This document shows positions 47,701-58,488 of a stretch of DNA of 64,000 nt, in pieces. The stretch lies in NCBI GenBank assembly GCA_900088475.1, contig FLMG01003777.1:1-64000 (forward strand), read 5' to 3'. Below the pieces are notes generated by a model, which was not told the DNA's origin, ran no database searches, and worked only from the letters and a program-made list of their open reading frames with translations. Position 1 is the stretch's first letter, and each line of letters starts with the position of its first letter. The DNA is from Hyphochytrium catenoides (Eukaryota > Protista > Hyphochytriomycota). The position numbers and the translations under genes are program-made.

Positions 47701-50700
47701 TGAGCTGTTTCCATCCAATCTGCGTTGTCCTCTCCACCTGCCTTTTGGTTGCTTATACTGCTTAAGCTACTGTAACCGTAGTCCTTGGTTAGACGTGGGC
47801 GACGAAGCCCTGATCCTTACGTTACAAGAGATACTCGCCACTAACGCCGTTCTCGCCTGCCCTCGTCCACTGTTAGTCACGGATGCCAATAGCGCAAACA
47901 AGCTGACTGATCCTCTACTAGACCGCTTGAAGAGGGTGGTCACGGAGGAAGAGGCGAAGAAAGATGAAGTCCAGCGTTATTTCTTAGACCTCTATGGGCT
48001 GCTCCGCGCACAAGAAAGGAAAATTGCAAGGACCATTGGCATGGTATGGATAACGGCATGTCACGACTTTTGCCAAGCTTTAATCAGATCTTCAGCATTA
48101 CAAGCTTGGCTGTCAACACTTCTGACACTCGATCTCTTACATTTTGTTGATAGGATGATATTTTCGAGCTTGCAGAGGAGAGAAGAGTCGCACATGAGGA
48201 GGCAGTGGATACGAAACTCCACCCTCTGACTCTGGAGTTTGCAGGAACGGCGCGACGATACTTGGAAACGCTATATAATAGGCAGTTCTTAAAGAGAGAA
48301 GTCTCGCGCCTACGAGTCTTGATTATCTTTACGATTATCGCCCTGCCATTTTATACCGTCTGGTACATGCGCTTCTCTTCTCAATCCATCCATCCCTCTA
48401 GATTTGGGTCCATTTCTTGTATACAGACATCATTCTCTCCATCATCAGCTTTCTTTTCTCTCGCACATCATCCGTTCGTACCGGACTTGAGAACTTGTCC
48501 CCACTTAATTGAATGTGACCGCGAGTGGCTTTCTTGGGTTTTCTCCTTGCTTGCAATTCTTTGCTAACCTTACTTCTTCCTAATGCCCTTTATTAAACTG
48601 GCTGTGATTTCTTCTCTCTCTATGCTTAGGGAGTATCGGTTTGACAACCAGAAGACATTCCCTGTCCGACTCACCTACTTGGCATGCGCCATATTCTCTC
48701 TGGGAGTAACATACTCGAAGTTTTTCTTCAAGTACTACCACACCATAGTCTTCGTGGTTTTCCTTATCATAACTCTGGCCAACACGTCCAGCATCGCCAT
48801 CAATGGGCAATTTGCAATTACTTTGCTGCCCACGGTAATGTTCTCAGTGATACGTATGAGGTAAGTAATTGTGTCTCCTTCTCTCACTTCATAGGTCTGT
48901 TAGGACTTTTTGCCTAAAGTGTCTTTCCTCCCGCTCAAACGGGACTGCTAGGACTCTTTGCCTAGAGTGCGCGTGTGCTTCCTCTTTTCCGTCAACAGCG
49001 AGCTCATCAAAAGTGTGATTTCTTTCCGTATGTTAGATCATCTTCCAATACCTCCATCCCATTATCTTGATTCGCTCTTCCTGGTAGATGTCCTAAAACG
49101 TTGCAATATAATTTTCTTACCTTGGTCCACCTACTTTATTGCTCCTTAGTAACCGTCGACATATTCCTTAGGTTTCTGGATGCGGTGCTGCTCGTTTTGA
49201 CAGATACCATCTTTTATAGTTTGGTGATGTATATGTACTACGCCAATGACGCGGAGACGAAGGCGCTACACATGATGACATTCTTCCTCATCTCTGTCAT
49301 ATTCTCCGCCTGTTTCGCTGGCTACGGGTCCTACAATTTGCAAGGTCTTCCGCTTCATAGACCTCACCGATACCTCCTTTTTTTCCTGACACTTGAACTT
49401 TGCTCCTTTGGTGACATCCCACAGTCGTCAATAACTCCTTGTACTGGTTGGTCTCTTCCGTCGGACATTCGTTGAACCTGTGCATGCATTCGCCTGCTGA
49501 TATTGCTGTGTAGCGCGATCTCACCAAACTACCTGTAACTTCAGTCATTTCTGCCTCAAACTGACAACTTTCGTGAAATTTAGTGGCAATGAGAAGAGAC
49601 TTTCTCCAGCAACGCACGCTGGATATAGAGCAGAAACGCTCGCAGGACATCTTGGACAACATATACCCATCACATGTCACGAAGAGAGTTCAGGCGGGAG
49701 AAACAACAATTTTCGACGAAGAGCCAAACGTCACCGTCATATTCTGTAACATCTGCGAGTTCGAGGAGCTTACTTCAATGATGGGGCCGGATCAGCTAGT
49801 TTCTGTCCTGGATATGGTATATTCCATGTTTGACCTGCTTTGCTTAAAGCATGGAGGTAAGCCCAAGCTGTAGAAAGAACGCGCGACCACTAAGTATAGA
49901 TTGGCCATTTGAGAGAGGGAGTTGACGCAGGTTTACACAATCACCAATCAAGCCCTAGTCCTTATAACTTAGCCCCGTACCTTGGTTCCATCTATGGATG
50001 CTTTTCGTAACCTTTCATTGACGCCCCGTAATATGAAATGCAGTTCACAAGATGGAGACTGTGGGCTCTATATATATGGCCTGTGCTGGGCTTAGGAACT
50101 TCAAGAGCGATGACCCTGCGCTGAGCGCTGCCGCTACGGCATATGACATGATAAGATATGCTGCCGAAGTTGGCATTAGCCTACAGATAGGTATAAAACC
50201 TGGGACTTTCTCAAACTTCTAAACATCTCCTGTATGTCCCCAAGTTTCATGATAACTCCTCCGCGATCCCTCATCCTTTTAATCATTCGTTTCGTATACA
50301 TTTCACAACTGCTAATAACTGAGTGTCTTGGGCGATCCTCATTATTTGCTGCTAATACAATAGGTCTGCACACCGGGAGAGTTGTGAGCGGCTTGGTTGG
50401 GCAAAAAAAGCAGCAGTTCAGTCTATTCGGAGATACGGTGAATACTGCGAGCAGGATGCAGAGCACAGGCCTGCCAGGAAAATGTCAAATATCTCAGAGC
50501 ACTATGAAGGCACTGCAAGGAGCTTTTACCCTAACGGAACGGTAGGATTGAGTTCTATCTAAATCCTGTCGGTATCCCTTTTTTGTTCCTACTTCTTGAC
50601 TATTCTGCCCCTTAATATGACATGCGTTCCGATAACTCTTAGGTTCATTGGCTAGCTTTTAAGCTCTCTCCCCCTCTTTTAGCTGCGCGATATCTCTCTC

Positions 50701-53700
50701 TGTCTAATATTTGTCCTTACGTAAAACAGCCGAGTAACTCCTAAAGGAAAGGGCGAGATGATAGTCTACATACTGGGCAACCCGGTCACGGAGAGAGCGC
50801 GCGCAGCCATAGAAGGACTCGCCCTTAAAGCTCGTAAACCATCTGAAAACAAGCGGTACAGCATAGTCCAGGGTCAGAACACTTCTGATGTCATCAACCT
50901 GAGCGCAACGATAGGCCGGCGGAACACCTTCTGGTAGGGGATATGAAGGGAACGCAAGAGACATCGTTATGGGTTGGGCAAAAGCTGACTAGACATGGCG
51001 CCACTAGAATTAACGTATCCGAAAGTCTAGGTGTCCGCTTTCTGATTAGCTCTTTTTACGACGGCCCCACCGGCCATTGCCCCTCTAGCTCTTTGGGCTC
51101 AAGGCTTGACCTCTCTGCCTCTCTGCACAGGGGAAGTGAGAACCGAGTACTCCCTTTCAGCTCTGAGTCTGCGGCTGCTACTGCATCTCAGCTTCAAGCA
51201 AACCTCGTCCAGAAGAGAAGGAAGAACTTTATGCGAAGAGCAACTGAACTTTGGATAAGGCTGAGTCAGAACGATACCCTGAATGAGAAGATCAACGTTT
51301 TCACACTGAGGTTCCGGAATCGAGCCACTGAAGAGTGGTTTCAAGCTCAACGGCATTCACATTACATCAATTCCTCATACATGTGCATAGCTTTTGCAAT
51401 TGTGTTTGTGATGTTAGGGTTGCCGCGCGATCATTATGGCTACGCTAGCTACTTTGGAGGAGACCTTGACGGTAAGTATCATTGTCCGGGCAGGGACTGC
51501 AGGCGCCTTTCGGTTTGACCGGTCCTTCTGTTACTTAAAAAATTCATGGGGGCCCTTGTACTGCCATCTTGTCGCTGCGGTAACCTGTTGTTGTTCTGCA
51601 TAACACTTAGATGCTAGGTCACCTAATCGACTGCTGCTTATACAGATTTGACTACATCCGTGGCACTGCTCATGATCGGGTTTAAACTCTTCTACACTCT
51701 CTTCGCACTGGCCGTGATGATGTGGATCTATCGGAGAAGACACGACATAACCTTGAACAATTTTCATATCTTGCTGTCGATCACGTATGGAAGGCTCCCC
51801 TCTTGCTCCATTTTGCTGCATTCGCTTTCTGCCTCCTTCACTACCTACGAATGTCAGATAGCAACCCTTCGATTCATTTTTCCTTCTGGTACCACTTAAA
51901 AGCCACGCGATAGAGCCCACGTCTTTTCCTTATTTGTTGCCCATCTCTTCCCTGTTCTAATCTCTGGACTCTGACTAACATCTATCTGCTGGTGTTTGCT
52001 TTCTCTCCTCAACTCACAGAATACTCCTGTGCGTTTGTGCACTTACTACCGGTCACTACTGTGCGGGCTATCAGGTGGTGCAGACCTGCCCGGAGATGCG
52101 GAAGATCTATCGATACGCTAATGATTCCCAAATTGTTTGTATCCACGAAGTAACCGGCGTGAGGTTCGAGAGGACCAAAGAAATGATGATTTCAACGATT
52201 TCAGCAGATCTTAAGATGATGCTGGACTCTGCGGCAATTGATCTTATGCTAGTCATGTTCCTCGTATCTAATGGAGGTGCCTTTGGACACTGGCGCTCCA
52301 TTCTGCTCAACCTCTTTCTGTGCGCGTGCATGCTTTCTTTTCAATTCTGGCTTGCTGGACACTCGGAGGGAGTTTTTAGATTGGGAACATTCTTTATGGG
52401 TACAACGGTGGTGGTCAACACCATTGCCAGCAGGTAGGAGATCGCTTAGCAGTCTACACCAGGGGTCACTGCGATACAAAAGTGTAATAAGGGTTGACAG
52501 CTAGGTTCTCTAGTATCTCTCCTGATACTGCTAAAGACTTAGTTTTCAGCTCCGGGTTTTCTACTCTGCTTCCTTGTAGCCCTCACAAGCTTCGTCACCT
52601 CTTTATCTGACGCGCCTGACAAACAGGGCTGTGGAGTTTTTCACTAGAAGAAAGCTATGGCTCTTGCAGCAAACGAAACACGAGACAGATAAGGCTGACA
52701 GACTACTCTACCAGATGCTTCCTGAAGCGGTAGTCACAGCTCTAAAGGACGGTGATACAGTCTGCGAGGAGCATCATAACGTCGGCATCCTGTACAGCGA
52801 CATTAAGGGGTTTACCTCAATTGCCAGCCGAGCAGAGCCAGAGCAAGTAGTTTCAATGCTAGATAAGGTGTTCACTGCCTTCGATCAAGCGGTGGAGAAG
52901 AACGGAGTTTTCAAGTTCCAAACAATTGGTGAGCCCATTAAGGATATTCGCTCTTTCTCTCCATGCGACATCCCAAGTATTTTATTTCTGACATATTCTA
53001 TCGGGTTGCAGGCGATGCGTACGTTATTCTCAGCGGCTTGCCATATCAGGACAAGGCCATTTCAGCCGAGCCACTCAGAGACCAACTGTCTCAAGCTCGT
53101 GGAAGGTAAGAGCTTAAACACCCGATTTGCTAAGTTGCAGACATTTGCTGTCAGCCTAGAGTAGAAACGACTTTGCTGTCAACTGACAGCGCAGTCACGC
53201 ATTTATATTACGCTTTTCGGTGGCCTGACTTGCTAGGTTCCCTTCCAATCCTTAGCGAACGGTTTTTTGTTCCTCTCGCTCAAACCTATTCCCCTTCACT
53301 AGCTGTCGGATCCTCTCTGAATTTTGACGATTGTCATCTCTTCTGCAGTGTCGTTATGGAGAAAGATTTCCTCCACCAACTGGCTTCTCGGCGAGGAGCT
53401 ACACAGAAAGTCCTTCCTACTGATGGAGCATGTCCGTCACCTTCTACTCCGACGTCACCGAGTGGTGGAAGGAAGCGCTCAAATGCCAGTGTCAATCAAA
53501 GGAAGCTGAGCCTCGTGAAGTCTGGTTCTAATAACAATGGGACTAGCGCTACAAGGAGGCACCAAAGAAGGCGGAGCAGCAGTGCCGGAAGAACAAGCTA
53601 TTTTGATCCAACCACTGCCATAGTGAAGAACAGTGAGGCGCATGCGAAGCACATGCAATCACTGATCGCGATGGCCCAGGACATGCTCAGAGAAACGGCC

Positions 53701-54123
53701 AAAGTTAACGATCCCATCAGTGGCGAACCGCTGCAGATCCGGATTGGTATTCATACAGGAAACATCATCGGCGCAGTCATTGGTACAAAGAATCTCCGTT
53801 ACGACATGTGGAGCCCAGATGCGCTAATTGCGCACGAGTTCGAAAGTAATGGTGTCCCCAACCGAATATGCGTAAGTGCAGCGGTGCGTGAGTGCTTCCA
53901 GAACGACATTGAGATGTCAGCAAAGTTCGTGCCTTACAAGGTGATAGATACGCACAGTATGGGAAAGATTCAGGCGTACTTGTATGACGACAAGATCAAG
54001 CCAGCGGCAGCACTTATTGAGAGCATCAGGCACTCAAAGCGATCAATCTCCGTCTCCACCAATGGCGCACAGCACCCAGAAATGTGCGGTCATAGCGACC
54101 GTCAAAGTCAGTTCACCATCTGA
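41791..54123 (+). CDS. Bifunctional P4-ATPase (phospholipid flippase)-guanylate cyclase, GC-alpha-type architecture; >20 exons
   Basis: P4 motifs: [52 protein letters not shown]-like [83 protein letters not shown]. An in-frame spliced linker leads to a TM set, cyclase C1 (KMETVG; [15 protein letters not shown]), a second TM set, and C2 (YSDIKGFT; TIGDAY; [13 protein letters not shown]). Start codon uncertain (41773 or 41791). Confidence 0.92.
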
Positions 54124-54638
54124 ATGGCAACTTTGACATCACACTGAAGGGTGCAGAATATTATCATTTCTATCATATCTCCATCATCTCATATCTAAGT
54201 CTGTTCAGCTGCGTATCCAAAGCTTTTCAGCTGCGTGCTATAACGCGGATTCGTCTCTCAATCTAGAGAAACCAGCTAATCTATACATAATATCAAAGCT
54301 CGCAGCTATCATCAAGTCTTTAGCTCTTCGTTTCGACTTGGCCTGCAGGCTGCCGTTCTATTTGAGCTGATATATGCGGCCGTGTTTCTATTCTGTTAGA
54401 TGCCTTTCACTTATCTTATAATAGCACGAACTAGTCTACGATGCACCAGCGTCTGCCGTTCCCTGGTATCCTACCCTTAAGCAACAAAGCTGAAACCCTC
54501 ACTACTGAACAGTACACAGGACCGTCGACATCGTCAAAAGGTTTGCGACGGTGGTGTATTTCTCCCGTTGCTAGCCGTCCTGACCCTCGATTGTGGTATC
54601 GCTATTAGAGTTCTTCAGGCAGTGGTGCATACACCATT

Positions 54639-57342
54639 CTACTTTGTTCGTTTGCTGGCCTTCTTCTTTTTCACTGTCTTCCGCACCGCCGATAGCAAGT
54701 CATCACTGTCTCCATCCTCCACATTCTCCTGTTCCTTTGCCGCGTCTTGTTTTGGCATAGCTGGTTGCATTTGCCGTCGCTGGGTCGCATCTGTCTTCTT
54801 TTCCTTCTCTCTCGCTGTGGGCGGACTAGGGACCCTCGGCTTGGCTGGCTCTAAAGCATGCAGAACAATGGTTGTCTCCTCCTCACTGTCACTCTCTGTA
54901 GGCTTTGCAGCGGTCGGGGTCTTCTTACTTTTGTTCTCTCGCTTTGGAGGAAGTGAGGATGGCTTCACAGTAGGAATGGCTGGAGCTGGAGTAGCTTGAC
55001 GATCTGAAGGGCTCATGGGTCGTCTGGAGTCAAGGAAATGTGCTTCCAGAGAGCCTGATTCTGTTCGAAAGACAACAAGGAGAGAGAGCATCGAGTAGCG
55101 ACGATGGTTAGAGACCGAGTTGATGAAATGGGCCGCCACAGGGAGGAATGAAAGGAAAAGGTAGATAACAAAAGCAAGTCGCTAAAAGATACAGAGTGGA
55201 TAAGCGGCAAATTGCAACCCGATTCATCAACACTTGACCTAAGATGCCCTTTCCCATACCGCTTGATCCTGTTTTCCTCGTTGCTGCATTTTCAGCTGCC
55301 CTTTCCGTCGCTTCTGCCGCAGCTTTTAAAAGCGGAAGGGTCTTCAAGTCCGTCGTTGCCTCGCCTTGTTTGGGCCTTTCCTTTGTCGCTACCGTGGTGT
55401 TGACGATGCTGAAGTCCATTGCTTCCTTCATCTCTGGATCATCAACCACAAGTTCTTCCATGGTCGAGTCAAGCTGCTGGATAGTTGCATACACTGCTTC
55501 CTGGCCTCTGAGGCGCGATCGCCTACTTTCTCGTTCTCTCTTATCTTCCTCTTGCTCGGTTTTCGATAGATGGTCTGATAGCTCTTGCACCTTACTTGCC
55601 GCAATTCTGAGAGACCGAGATAAGGTAGATAGGTCAACAGGCGTGGCGGAAGCCTGATGGATGGCGCAAATTTCCTGTTGCTTATTTAGAGTCAGGGTCA
55701 GCCTACCTGTAGCCAACGAGGTTGTCAGTGGTCGTCTAATATAAGAATGTAGTCTCTATCGGCCGAGAGTGGGAGGCGAAGGACAAAGGTGGACTGCTAG
55801 CGGGTACGGCTCAGATCAGTCCGGCGCAAACCTTGGCGCAGCGCTGACCGTAATGCAAGGAGGCGCAAATGCCAAACATTTAGGCGAACTCACCGTTGAC
55901 TACCATTTCCTCACGACTACTGGGGTCTAGTATAAGATAGGAACTGCTTTCTGGTAGGTTCTCCTGTGGGTTAGTGTGAGAATAACGGTAGGCACATGAA
56001 ACAAGGAGACTGGAGTTGAGTTGTTGTCACCCAAGACGCAGAGTAAATGAAAGATAACGGTCGATGAACTTGAATAAAGCGAAAAAGATTCGAAAGGAGA
56101 CATATAGATGGCCGATAAATAAGCCAAGAGGGATACCTCATCACTCTGGACAATTCCAAAGGTGATGCAGAGAGGGATATGGTGCAAGCTCAACGGCACC
56201 GGCTCTCGCTCATCTATTGAATGAACTTGGACTTTTCCGTTGGAAATGGTCACCTCGGACATGCGAAAATGTAGGAGCTGGAAATTTTTGGAAAGGAGTT
56301 GAGCTCATTGGGTATATAGGATTCATAGAGGGGAGAAAGAGTGCAGAAGGGCTAGTCCAAGAGAAGAAAGCAAGCAAGACTATGGTGGTCGTATTGTCTA
56401 TCGTTCAAGTCAGAATGGGTGCACGAGACATCTTTCCAGGACAGAACGTCTTTCATAACGAGCAGACTGACTTACAGCTGCGGAGGTGGCGAAGGCTATC
56501 GCGTCAACTACATTGCCACCGTCGTCCAGCACATGGATGGTGCATTTCACTGCCCAAACCTGAAACAGTACGCACAAAGATGAGAGGAAAAGTATTATAC
56601 AGCTCTCGACATGCAGACGTAACGTCAACCTTCTCTCCAGCTATCAGGCACAGTGCCTCGGTATCTAGCGCCCGACTGTCTTTGAAGCCTCGCTCTATGA
56701 TTCTTGATATCTCTATTGATTGCGTGCTCGGTCTGCCACTCTGAAAGAAGCAGAATGAAAACCCATATGGGCGGCAAGCCCCAAAGGAGAATGGGTGATA
56801 GAAGTGGCAATCAAAAGTGGAATGGAGCAGAGTCAGCAAAACCATATTTGCCGTCCCAGTGGCCGGATCTAGCCGCTACCTCATAGGACGCTGAAGCCAT
56901 GGGAGAGAGGTCCACAGAGAACTGCAGAAAGCCATCCGTCGGTCGATCTGGAAATGGTGGGACGATCTCTGCGGTAACCACTGCGAATACTCTAGAATAC
57001 GAGTGCACCACTGAGACACATCCTTGGATTAGATGATACTTGGTAATGATTAGTTAGTACCTTGTTCGTCCCAACTGCACTTCTGCCGAAGACTCGTTTT
57101 CCTTTCTGTTGAGCGTTACTCTTATCTAACAACCGAGACACGACAAGAAGTCGATTAATATACAATGCTGGTGCGCTGAAGATCAAATATTGCATGGCGA
57201 CTAAGAAGTAGTAAAAGTTCCGCACTACCTGTCGCTGTTCAATGAGCTTTCTTCCATCAGTCCTAAGTCCGGTCTTGATAGAGTCAAGGATAAACTGCTT
57301 CTCATTGAGACTCAGAAGTGCCTCATCATCCTTGACTGCCAT
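54639..57342 (-). CDS. RRP45: Exosome complex RNase PH-like subunit Rrp45
   Basis: LSLNEKQFIL..GLRTDGR, AEVQLGRTRV, PFPDRPTDGFLQFSVDLSPMAS, ALDTEALCLIAGEKVW, HVLDDGGNVVDA, EREPVPLSLHHIPLCITF, LNKQQEICAI. Acidic/Lys-rich C-terminal tail. Confidence 0.93.
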
Positions 57343-58245
57343 CTTGTCTTGTCTTTGGCGGCGTCTAAGACCGTCCTGCCAGCTGTAGTTCTATGGTTAA
57401 ACCATTTTGGTCTGTAGCGTAGGATCCCGCTTGGGTTATGACCGGCAGCGGCCAGTCTCTATAATTTGTGGATCGCTGACTCACTATGTGACAAGAAAGG
57501 TACCGGAGACGCACTGGAGGACCTCAGTAGCAGAGGTAATGTACAAGACAAGACTAGGATGTACAGCGGATTGAATTGTGCAGCTTGCTGTTCATAGGAA
57601 GCCACGACGGAGCTGGGGCCTTGAGACGAGGCAATAATCTTCCAAATGCCTGCGCTTCATCAGAATCAGCGCCGCCAACCACGGCAAAACAGACACAGCT
57701 CTTCCAGCACTGAAGTCTAGCCGTTATCCGCTTTCTCTCCGTGGTGTGTACAATATCTGCTAATGAACAGACGCACATGCGTACAACAACGTCAATTCTA
57801 AGCCTTGTGCACAGTGCACAGTACTCGAACCAGAAACTCTGTTTCCTATTTTCAAAATTCGGATGAGGTGCCGCTTCCTTTCTGTCATCTCGCCGCGGCG
57901 GCATCATCGCATCATCGCATCATGTTACACGCCAGATCAGAGTTTGCCGAGCTCCAGCCGTCATGCCAGCACCGTGCTCCGAAGCACCGTAGCAAACTCT
58001 CGGAGACATCTTGTCTCTTGACCTCTGCGGACCCCGTGCTTGCTGCGGTCGCTCAGAGTTTCTCTCTAAGTGAGGTGTAAGGTATAACGGATCATGCACT
58101 GCACCTAAGTATCTCCTTCACTTGCCCTTCTGACCCCTGCCGTGGCCCTAGTATCACCCGCTTCTTGTCGCTGCTCCGCCTATTTGCTTCTTGGCCTTAT
58201 ATGTGTTGATCTGAACCAGTCCTGCTGCCAGCAGTATCGAACCTA

Positions 58246-58311
58246 CAATCCCTCTTCCCCCTCTGTATGGGCTCTGCAATCCCTCTTCGCCCCTCTGTAT
58301 GGGCTCTGCAA
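58246..58311. repeat. Near-perfect 31/32-bp tandem duplication in the Rrp45/CEP295-like intergenic region
   Basis: CAATCCCTCTTC(G)CCCCTCTGTATGGGCTCTG x2. Confidence 0.9.
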
Positions 58312-58488
58312 GTGCTCTTCATAACCGTAGATCAGAAACCTGACTTAGACTTGGCAGCTCTGCAAGTGTCGCGTTTGCAGCGCATCCTGCAGCCTTCTCC
58401 TGCTTTGCCAGACGTCAAGATGTCCACCCTTACTAGAAAGTACGCCCTACGATTTAGTGAGTTGTGAGATCACACCTGAAGTCCAGAC

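Noticed and set aside
30911-54123. Functional cluster of ARF GTPase with the P4-ATPase (analogy to yeast Arl1-Drs2)
   Set aside because: They are separated by three unrelated genes, and proximity alone is not evidence in a eukaryotic genome.
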